64,000 bases of DNA from an uncultured Candidatus Saccharibacteria bacterium. GTDB lineage: Bacteria; Patescibacteriota; UBA1384; XYA2-FULL-43-10; 1-14-0-10-43-13. The position numbers were made by a program, and so were the translations under genes. A model generated the notes under the pieces. That model was given only the letters and a program-made list of their open reading frames with translations, ran no database searches and was not told the DNA's origin. Location: the NCBI GenBank assembly GCA_964628585.1, contig CAZVMH010000002.1:97751-161750 (forward strand), read 5' to 3'. Positions 49,232 through 56,449 of this stretch are shown one piece after another (within the stretch, counting starts at the first letter, position 1; each line of letters begins with the position of its first letter).

Positions 49232-49939
49232 ATGAAGGAATTTTTTAAGAAACATTTGTTTCAAATATTAGTTATAATTTTAGTTATTTTAACTGGTTTT
49301 TCAAATTATTTATTATATGATTATTATAAAAAAATAACCAATCTTCAAAACGAAAAAGAAGTTCTAAATCAAGAATATATAAAAACAAAACAAGATTTAG
49401 AAGCAGCAAATGAGAGCATTAAACAAAAAGATGCTCAGCTTGATGAAAAGAGCAAGGAAATAGAAAACTTAACACAATCTAAAGCAAATACAACTACTAC
49501 TGATACTATTGCACAAGCTCCTGCTACAACGACCAACCAACATACTTCATCCATATATGACAGAATTAGCGGTTCAGATGAATTTAAGAATAAAATAGTC
49601 AGTGCTCTGGATTTATTAAAAGCGCAAGACAATGAGCACTATAATATTGTATCTAGTCAAGTAGGAACAATTTACGAGTATGACAATTATGGTGGATATC
49701 AGGAGAAAAGAAATATCCACATCGGAGCAGATGCTAACCCTGCAATTACGGCCCCTATTATTGTTCACGAGGCTCAGCATGTTTACAATGTTTATGTAAA
49801 TAAGATCTATTCATACAATACTAAAGAACAAGAGTTGCCATGTTATGAGGCTGAACTGGTAGCAGCACAGAGAGTGGGTTCGCCAGCTTTTTTCATTACT
49901 TCAATTGAAAGTAGTATAAGTTATTGGCAATCGCAATAA
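49232..49939 (+). CDS. membrane-anchored coiled-coil protein with C-terminal HExxH (HEAQH) motif
   Basis: Start moved to the internal ATG at 49232 (MKEFFKKHLF...), because the track start abuts the divergent TM2 gene. IVHEAQHVYN. Confidence 0.5.
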   Translation: MKEFFKKHLFQILVIILVILTGFSNYLLYDYYKKITNLQNEKEVLNQEYIKTKQDLEAANESIKQKDAQLDEKSKEIENLTQSKANTTTTDTIAQAPATTTNQHTSSIYDRISGSDEFKNKIVSALDLLKAQDNEHYNIVSSQVGTIYEYDNYGGYQEKRNIHIGADANPAITAPIIVHEAQHVYNVYVNKIYSYNTKEQELPCYEAELVAAQRVGSPAFFITSIESSISYWQSQ

Positions 49940-49974
49940 ATAATTTTTGATTAATTTTTTGCATCCTTAAACAA

Positions 49975-50007
49975 CGAAAAGAGGCGACCCGTCAGGCGGG
50001 TCGCCTC
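49975..50007 (-). terminator. strong GC-rich intrinsic terminator for the GC-rich operon
   Basis: gaggcgacccg-tcag-cgggtcgcctc with a minus-strand U-run (plus-strand cgaaaa). Confidence 0.65.
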
Positions 50008-50044
50008 TTTGCTCTGACTTTTGGCCTCTCGGCCTTAAGTCTTG

Positions 50045-51250
50045 TTATCTTCGCCTTTTCAGGATGACACCGTGCTCCTGCCGGAGCTGGGTGTTCCAGG
50101 CGTTGCAGGCGATGTCGCCCGCACTGTTGACGGCGACTGCTTCGCCGTCTAGCCTCCATATGGGGAGCGTCTTACCATCCAACACCCAAGTGCCTAGGTC
50201 GGTAACTTTGGCGAGGTCAATCATCTTGCCGTTCTCCCAGAGAAACGGTCTCAGATAGAGGTTGTGGGTAGCGGCGTCATACGAGATCGCTGTTCCCACT
50301 GCCTGGCCACGGTTATTGATGCAGTTGACTCGGCTGTTCGTGTACCCTGGAAGGGTACCCATCTCGTCTACCTGCCTGACACCGTCTTCGTCCAGGTACC
50401 AGTACAGAGCATGCGATGTCCTTTCGAAGGAGTATGCGGTCTGGTAGTTTCCTACCGTCTGACCACAGTTGTTTACGTCCTTCGCCTCCGCTTTCGCGAA
50501 AGTTACGAGCGGCATAGGCAGGGGTTGTACTCCGCCCATGTTGCTCCATAGTGCCGGCGTCAGGTGATTCGACGAATTTCCGGCAACTAGGCCATTGTCA
50601 CTCATCCCCCTGACTCCGTAGAGGGGAAGGAGCTTGGCGTTGAACCTTCTGTCGGAAACGAATGTCTTCCAGTACCCGCCGACGTTCATTTCTCCGCAGA
50701 ATGCATTGCCAGTGATGCTGGTAACCCAGGTCGCCGCAGATCCCAGCGGCAGACCCTTAAGGGTGCTTGTCAGATCGACAATGCTTTCCTTGCTGATGTT
50801 GCCCAGGAACGCCCGCTGTACGGGCCATTGATATCCTGGCAGGGTCTGGAAACCTATTCCGCCGAACTGGCCGGAATTGTTGATGGCCGAACAGACAGCT
50901 GTTCCCTCAACCCGCTTCAACTTGCCGTCTTTCAACCAGCAGGCACCGGTTTTGTTGCCCTGCGCGTCGTAGGTCCAGCCAACCGATAGCCCAGCGTCGT
51001 TGATGTCCATGACGTTGGACCATCCTTCAGCCATCAACTCAACGACGTTGTACAGGGCCTTTCTTCGGTTCCCTCTCGTCATAACTGGTCCAGTGACCGT
51101 TTCGAACTGCTCATTGGGTGAGAGCATTGGAACCAGCTCACCCTGTTCGCGCAATGCCAGGTTTTCTGGACCGGCAATTGGCGACAAATCTGCCGCCTGC
51201 GCACCCAAGCACATGGCCAGTGCCATGATCATGACTAGCATCATCTTTAC
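50045..51250 (-). CDS. secreted repeat protein resembling HAF-family extracellular repeats
   Basis: Signal peptide MMLVMIMALAMCLGAQAA. Probable GTG or ATG start at 51250..51242 with an AGGAGG SD. Repeats AINNSGQ, MSDNGLVAG, INNRGQAVG and VNSAGDIA. GC-rich. Confidence 0.55.
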   Translation of the reverse strand, partial: VKMMLVMIMALAMCLGAQAADLSPIAGPENLALREQGELVPMLSPNEQFETVTGPVMTRGNRRKALYNVVELMAEGWSNVMDINDAGLSVGWTYDAQGNKTGACWLKDGKLKRVEGTAVCSAINNSGQFGGIGFQTLPGYQWPVQRAFLGNISKESIVDLTSTLKGLPLGSAATWVTSITGNAFCGEMNVGGYWKTFVSDRRFNAKLLPLYGVRGMSDNGLVAGNSSNHLTPALWSNMGGVQPLPMPLVTFAKAEAKDVNNCGQTVGNYQTAYSFERTSHALYWYLDEDGVRQVDEMGTLPGYTNSRVNCINNRGQAVGTAISYDAATHNLYLRPFLWENGKMIDLAKVTDLGTWVLDGKTLPIWRLDGEAVAVNSAGDIACNAWNTQLRQEHGVILKRRR

Positions 51251-51429
51251 CACGTTTACGCCTCCTGTGTTTGCCCACTTTGCAAAAGCTGGGCAATATG
51301 CCCATATTATACAACAAATTAATATAAAATGCAATAGCAACAGCCGAAAACAAGAATCTCTTATTTACAAATACAAAGGGGGCTCCGCGCGTTTCCACAC
51401 GGAGCCCCTGTTACTTCTCCTTCCTCTCC

Positions 51430-51945
51430 TCACGGTTCTACGGCGACGGCAAAGACGATTGTGCCGTCTACTACGGGTAGTGTAGTCAGATAGTTCGGCT
51501 GTAAGTAGTCGTCCTTGACAATCAGGGCGTAGATTACGCCGCTGTGCGCGGGCGCGATCCACGAATTGTCATTTCTGACGCCGATGCTGGTGCTATCCAG
51601 CGGTTGAACATAGTAGCCATTGGTATAGCTGTAGACAATGACCTTTCTGCCGGTCATTGAGCCAGCTATTTGGCCATAGGCAACCTGGTTTGTGCCTTCG
51701 TAGATGCTAGACGAGCTGTCCGGGTGGACAATGGAGTCAAACTGGACAACCTCGTTGATGCGTATAGCCGTTGCCGTTTCCGACCAGGGCGGAAACGATC
51801 TGGTTGGCGGAGCAGGCTTCATGTAGACAGCCACGCCGAGCCTATACCCGAACTGAAGACCCTTGTCGGTCCCGCCACCGCCACCACACCCTGCCATGAC
51901 GATTGCCGTTACGATACAGACGAGAACAAGCGCTATCGTTCTCAT
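51430..51945 (-). CDS. lipoprotein (lipobox VMAGC followed by Gly-rich linker)
   Basis: MRTIALVLVCIVTAIVMAGCGGGGG. GC-rich. A GC-rich terminator hairpin, ggggctccg...cggagcccc, lies at 51378..51410. Confidence 0.6.
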   Translation of the reverse strand: MRTIALVLVCIVTAIVMAGCGGGGGTDKGLQFGYRLGVAVYMKPAPPTRSFPPWSETATAIRINEVVQFDSIVHPDSSSSIYEGTNQVAYGQIAGSMTGRKVIVYSYTNGYYVQPLDSTSIGVRNDNSWIAPAHSGVIYALIVKDDYLQPNYLTTLPVVDGTIVFAVAVEP

Positions 51946-51960
51946 TTCCCTCTCTCCTTC

Positions 51961-53238
51961 CTACTGCACTGTGACATTCTGAATGTAGATCTCGGTGTTC
52001 TTGAAGATCTCTTTCGGTTCCTTCTTCACCAGATCTACGGTGAAGATCTGACAGCTAGTGTTGAGCAGAATCGTCTTGCTGTCGGGAGTCCAGCAGAGAT
52101 TCTGAACTGAGCCCCAGAACTTCGGAATTCCCAGCAAGCCGTATCCTCCCATTCCGGCTGGCGCGTCGAGTCCTCTTTCCTTGGCCTCAAGAGTATCGAC
52201 CAGTTTGACTGCCTTCTCATCTCCTACATTCCAGAGCCAGAGCCCGCCGATTGCCAAGAAGGCGTACTTCTTGCCGTCTGGTGAGAAGGCCGCATCGATA
52301 ATGTAGGGAATGTCGACGAACGGATCGCCGGCTTCCTTTGGCGCTTTCTTGTAGAGGCGCTTCTCGGTGAAGTCGTAGACATACAGCGTCGGGTCATCTA
52401 GCGACTTAACGAAGTTCCTCTCTTCTTCTGTGTCGAAGATGCCCATGACCTGCTTCGGCGAGAAGAATCCGAGTCTCTTTCCGTCCTTAGACCACTCGAG
52501 GAACCTTGTCATCTGCAGGTAGTTGATCTTCATGTTGATGACGTTTGTGGCAGGGCTCGGTAAAGGAGTCAGATGCTTTGACTTCCTCATGTCAATGACG
52601 CTCGCTTGGACGGGGACGGTCGCGACATAGTGACGATACAGCGAGGACTGCTTGTCTTCCGCCTTCGTGGCATTTTCGTCATAAATGACATACGCGAAGG
52701 CCAACTTTGTCGCGCTTGGCGACATTGTTGGGTTGAACAGAAGATGTCGCACCGGTGTATGGAGCAGACAAGTTCGCTTACCCGTGACCGGGTTTAGCCG
52801 CCAGATAGATGACTCGTTCTTGTCACCCATTGTGGCGTAGAGTATGTCCTTTCCATCCGGTGACCAGCTATAGTGCGTATCGAAGCTGGCCTCCATGTCT
52901 TCCTCGACGATACGGGGAATGCGTCGAATCTCCTTGCCGTCTTTCCCATAGACGCAGATAAAGTCCTTGACCAACCCCGTATCTGCAGTGACAAGCGAGA
53001 CCAAGATCCTGCCACTCTTGTCTGGTGCAGGATACACATGGCTGATGTTCGAGACCGAAATGTTCCAGTCCCGCAGATTCTTGCCGTCAAGGCCCATGGA
53101 GAAGATATCGCACTTGGTCGGCTTCTCCTTGTCCTTGCTTGCAGTGAAGTACACCGTGCTTGCAGGTACTACTGCGCCCTGTGCTACTAGAGCGAGAGCC
53201 AGAAGCACTACTACCAACAGAAAACATAGCCGGTTCAT
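51961..53238 (-). CDS. secreted TolB-like beta-propeller (PD40/WD40-like repeats) protein
   Basis: Start taken at the internal ATG at 53238 (MNRLCFLLVVV...), with an AGGAGG SD 7 nt upstream. Repeats YSWSPDGKDILY, AFSPDGKKYAF and CWTPDSKTIL. Confidence 0.6.
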   Translation of the reverse strand: MNRLCFLLVVVLLALALVAQGAVVPASTVYFTASKDKEKPTKCDIFSMGLDGKNLRDWNISVSNISHVYPAPDKSGRILVSLVTADTGLVKDFICVYGKDGKEIRRIPRIVEEDMEASFDTHYSWSPDGKDILYATMGDKNESSIWRLNPVTGKRTCLLHTPVRHLLFNPTMSPSATKLAFAYVIYDENATKAEDKQSSLYRHYVATVPVQASVIDMRKSKHLTPLPSPATNVINMKINYLQMTRFLEWSKDGKRLGFFSPKQVMGIFDTEEERNFVKSLDDPTLYVYDFTEKRLYKKAPKEAGDPFVDIPYIIDAAFSPDGKKYAFLAIGGLWLWNVGDEKAVKLVDTLEAKERGLDAPAGMGGYGLLGIPKFWGSVQNLCWTPDSKTILLNTSCQIFTVDLVKKEPKEIFKNTEIYIQNVTVQ

Positions 53239-53422
53239 TCGAATCCTCCTGTTCCCAAGGCTGAATTTTGGTGCAACCATCGGCGCAAGTATACAATTTT
53301 TACTCAATTTATTCAATAGAGTAAGCAATATTAAAAAAAGACTCCTACAGTTACAGCAGATGAGAGTCTAGTTTGTTGATATTATATTACAATTTGTCGA
53401 TTACGCGTTCAAAAACAGGAAA

Positions 53423-54130
53423 CTATTTCTGTGATGACGGCTTAAATTTTGCTAAACATTTCGTCTGGTCAAATGGTCCCTGTCCAATCTGTCTCACGGC
53501 CAACCCCTGGTCATCGTTTATATCTTGAATTAGACCCTCGTTCCCATTTATTGTTTCAAGATCAGCCACCAAAACGACTGCGGCCTCCCTCTGGCTTTTT
53601 GGGATCTCAGCAGTTAATCCTCGCATTACTTCATGAAAGTCGCTCGTCCAGTAGTACTCTGGTTTTGGTTCCTCAGAGGGCTGCGTAATTCTAAAGAATA
53701 GGACTTTGCTCGGATTGATCTTTGCTTCTGCTAGAGCGTTAATATTTATTTTATAGCCCTCTTCCTCTCGCCTCACTCTACCATTATGGTGCATAGTTTC
53801 TGGAACTGCCATCTCTTTGCCAAAAAAACCGGTATCGTCTCCGCTCCATCTTTTTGTTCTTGCCTTATAAAAGTAGTCGCCAAAAGCCATAGAATGGCCG
53901 ATGTATTCTGCCATTCGCGCGTCTGATTCTTTAATATCGGCTGGCAAGGAATTGTATAGGTCTGGGTCTTTAAAATAATCTAAAACCATCGGATTTAAAG
54001 TGATCCCATGCTCGGTCAAAATATTACAAGCGTTAGCTACTTTGGCCTCAACTTTCTCATCGCGATAAACTGGTGGTAACTCAACTTGATCAATTAAATC
54101 AATTTTTTTAGGGTCGCCAATATCATTCAT
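53423..54130 (-). CDS. hypothetical protein (235 aa), last gene of a five-gene operon
   Basis: ORF track. Start ATGA overlaps the upstream gene. I recognise no domain. Confidence 0.5.
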   Translation of the reverse strand: MNDIGDPKKIDLIDQVELPPVYRDEKVEAKVANACNILTEHGITLNPMVLDYFKDPDLYNSLPADIKESDARMAEYIGHSMAFGDYFYKARTKRWSGDDTGFFGKEMAVPETMHHNGRVRREEEGYKININALAEAKINPSKVLFFRITQPSEEPKPEYYWTSDFHEVMRGLTAEIPKSQREAAVVLVADLETINGNEGLIQDINDDQGLAVRQIGQGPFDQTKCLAKFKPSSQK

Positions 54131-54363
54131 TTGTTTTGCTTATTATCAATCGACTCGTTTTTGTCTGGGTAGCAACAAATTACATTGTCTAAATATTCTA
54201 TTCCACAAAAATATTTACAAATTGAGACATTCTTGACTGCACATTTGTGCTCATTAGTTCCTTCTTTTGCGTTCCATGGACAGGCGGTTTGTTTCCAAGA
54301 GGTATTATCTTGCGAAACCAAATCAATATCCATATTCGCCCCATCTAAAATTATTTTTTTCAT
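54127..54363 (-). CDS. small Cys-rich protein (78 aa, six Cys)
   Basis: C-x12-C-x7-C-x3-C-x9-CC pattern. Translationally coupled to its neighbours. Confidence 0.45.
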   Translation of the reverse strand: MKKIILDGANMDIDLVSQDNTSWKQTACPWNAKEGTNEHKCAVKNVSICKYFCGIEYLDNVICCYPDKNESIDNKQNK

Positions 54364-54368
54364 TTTTT

Positions 54369-55100
54369 TTACTCTTTGTTTTTATTTCTAAAAAATATTT
54401 TTTTAATATGTTCTGGGGTTCGTGTTTCTACGCCGTCATGAAACTTACGGTTTACTTCTTCTGAAATTTTCATCGCATTAATACTGCTTCTTCGCTGATA
54501 AAAGGGGTTCTTTGCTAATTCTCTAATATATGCAATTTCTTCATCGGAATAAGGCAATTTACCTTGAGAAATTGCTCCTAGCCGACCAATTTCTCTTCTT
54601 TCTGCGGGCGTTTGCGCGTGTATTCCTATCCCCCGTTCAAATTGTTTTTTGCCAGATTCCTGTCCAATTTCACTTCGTCTTTCTTTTGATAATCCAAAAA
54701 TTCCTCTCTGTTCTTCCACCATCTGTTTCCCTGTCACCCTAGCACTTTCAGAATTATGGACTACCCCTATTTGTTTTGCTTCTTCTCTATTCGCAATCAG
54801 CCCAGAATATGGTTCTTCTTCTGCAATTCTCATGTGCCCGTCGTAACCTCTTAAGGCGTGAAGTAGTGCAGTTTCTGCAACTCTATACTTTACGCCATAT
54901 TTGCCAGTTAGCCCGTATTTTTCTACTATTTTTGAAAGAGAAGATTCGGCATTTCTATAATCTTCTGCAACTTCTGGAAAATCTTCTTGAATTTGCCGTC
55001 CTAGTGTAATACTGCGAATAATAGCTGCCTTTTGTTGGTCGGACAGATCTGCCTCAAAAGTTCCTTCGGGTATATAGTCTGACGTTTTAATTTCTCCCAT
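54369..55100 (-). CDS. hypothetical protein (243 aa) with a single Rx4H (RGYDGH) HEPN-like motif
   Basis: ORF track. LHALRGYDGHMR seen. Weak. Confidence 0.5.
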   Translation of the reverse strand: MGEIKTSDYIPEGTFEADLSDQQKAAIIRSITLGRQIQEDFPEVAEDYRNAESSLSKIVEKYGLTGKYGVKYRVAETALLHALRGYDGHMRIAEEEPYSGLIANREEAKQIGVVHNSESARVTGKQMVEEQRGIFGLSKERRSEIGQESGKKQFERGIGIHAQTPAERREIGRLGAISQGKLPYSDEEIAYIRELAKNPFYQRRSSINAMKISEEVNRKFHDGVETRTPEHIKKIFFRNKNKE

Positions 55101-55115
55101 TTTTCTCCTTGATAA

Positions 55116-55397
55116 TTATTTTCTATCCTGAACGAATTTTCTTATCTCAACTCGCAGTTTTTCTTGCAACCTTTTTTGCTTTCGCTCTTTTCTTTCAGAA
55201 ATCTGGACTCCAATATAAACCATCGGTGAGACAATTAAGCCTATGTAAACTGCATACCGCAAACTTTCAGCTCTTCCCATATCAACTGTTTCTGATGTGA
55301 GTGCCAAATATGTGAGCAATCCGATACAAAAACCATAAAAAATATAAAAGAAAATAAAATTTAATAACTCGGCAAGAATTGCTCTTCTTTTACTCAT
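55116..55397 (-). CDS. small two-TM membrane protein with basic C-terminus
   Basis: ORF track. Hydrophobic helices followed by a KRKQKRLQEKLR tail. Confidence 0.4.
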   Translation of the reverse strand: MSKRRAILAELLNFIFFYIFYGFCIGLLTYLALTSETVDMGRAESLRYAVYIGLIVSPMVYIGVQISERKERKQKRLQEKLRVEIRKFVQDRK

Positions 55398-55409
55398 GAT
55401 TCTACTCTA

Positions 55410-56165
55410 TTATTTTACAACTTTTTCTACTGCTTCAATATAGTTACAATAATCACAATTGGGATCAGGAGAAGGAATTGAGTCGGACATCAGACATCTT
55501 TTGGCGTCTAAAATTGTCTTTTCAACCCAAGAGTCGTCGCCCTTGTATGGGATCAAAGTAATATCAAATTCAAGCTTTCCATCAAATGCATCACAATCAG
55601 TTTTGCCGTTGCAGTAAACAAAATAACCCGTACTAGACACTTTCAGACCATTTTGGCGCAAGAGCCATTGGTATATCTCCATCTGCCTTTTGTAGCCGTC
55701 TTGCCAGTCTTTATTCAGTTCGGTAATTTCTTCATCTTTGCTGGTGCTCTTATAATCAACCACAATATACTCGCCTTTGCTATTGATCCAAAGGTCATCG
55801 ATGGCACCCGTTATCATCAAATTGGTTTTTTTATGCAAAAACTGCACGCCCTTAAAATTCTCCCGCCAAGTATTTAGTTCAATGTGCTCTACTGGCCGAG
55901 CATCAACCCCATACTTTTCAATAAGCGGATGTTTTTCGCCTTTGCTTCTGTGAATATCAAATTCTTTTTTGAGGAGACAATCAACAGCACTATTCAAAGC
56001 AAACGGATATCCCGGTGGTCGTCCAACCCCTAACTTTCTATCTAAATAAAAACAGCGTGGGCATTCTGTAAACAGCTCCAACTTCGACCGACTTAATTTA
56101 AAAGATTCTTTTGACTTACTGTCGAACAAATTTTTTGTTCTGTTAGCGTTGTAATACTCAGACAT
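55410..56165 (-). CDS. Cas4/DUF83-family PD-(D/E)XK nuclease with Fe-S Cys cluster, standalone (no cas1/cas2)
   Basis: N-terminal SRSKLELFTECPRCFYL matches the Cas4 CPR motif. ITGAIDDLW...VVDYK is motif II/III. QMEIYQ is the QxxxY motif. C-terminal CLMSD...CDYC. Confidence 0.75.
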   Translation of the reverse strand: MSEYYNANRTKNLFDSKSKESFKLSRSKLELFTECPRCFYLDRKLGVGRPPGYPFALNSAVDCLLKKEFDIHRSKGEKHPLIEKYGVDARPVEHIELNTWRENFKGVQFLHKKTNLMITGAIDDLWINSKGEYIVVDYKSTSKDEEITELNKDWQDGYKRQMEIYQWLLRQNGLKVSSTGYFVYCNGKTDCDAFDGKLEFDITLIPYKGDDSWVEKTILDAKRCLMSDSIPSPDPNCDYCNYIEAVEKVVK

Positions 56166-56202
56166 AACTATTCCTTATTTTCTAATGATGCGGTTAGTAC
56201 CC

Positions 56203-56231
56203 TTTACAATCTAGTAAAAACCCACTATAAT
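56203..56231 (+). promoter_or_regulatory. consensus-like sigma-70 promoter TTTACA-N17-TATAAT on the plus strand, antisense to the flanking genes
   Basis: TTTACA at 56203..56208 and TATAAT at 56226..56231. Confidence 0.55.
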
Positions 56232-56237
56232 TGACTC

Positions 56238-56445
56238 AAACACCGAGCAAGAGGCGCGCCTGATGGTTAAAGCTGCTTTATGCAACGACTGACTATCTTA
56301 AACGTACAGGTGTGGTTGCTAATTTTCCGAAATTTAATCGCGAGGTCTTAAGCCCACAAGCTTAAATGAAGTATGGCCTGACCAGACGAGTACTTCTCGG
56401 TTAACAATCCTATCAATGACCGCGGCTGCGGTCATTTTTAGTTAT
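56238..56445 (+). ncRNA. candidate small RNA or small-peptide transcript (about 200 nt), bounded by promoter and intrinsic terminator
   Basis: Promoter as above. Terminator tgaccgc-ggct-gcggtca plus ttttt at 56417..56445. There is no ORF of 60 aa or more, only ORFs of 9, 11 and 22 aa. A 5' accgag and 3' ctcggt could form a closing stem. Confidence 0.35.
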
Positions 56446-56449
56446 ACAT

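Noticed and set aside
50045-51340. PEP-CTERM signal on the HAF-like repeat protein
   Set aside because: The C-terminus ...HGVILKRRR is basic but lacks the PEP motif and the hydrophobic helix. Only the 45364..45888 protein has a convincing PEP-CTERM.
56270-56370. tmRNA-like tag reading frame (GCAACGAC...GCTTAA) inside the candidate sRNA
   Set aside because: It superficially resembles an ssrA tag ending in A-stop. However, the region has no GGGG 5' end, no tRNA-like T-arm and no CCA 3' end, and the frame is too long and non-canonical.
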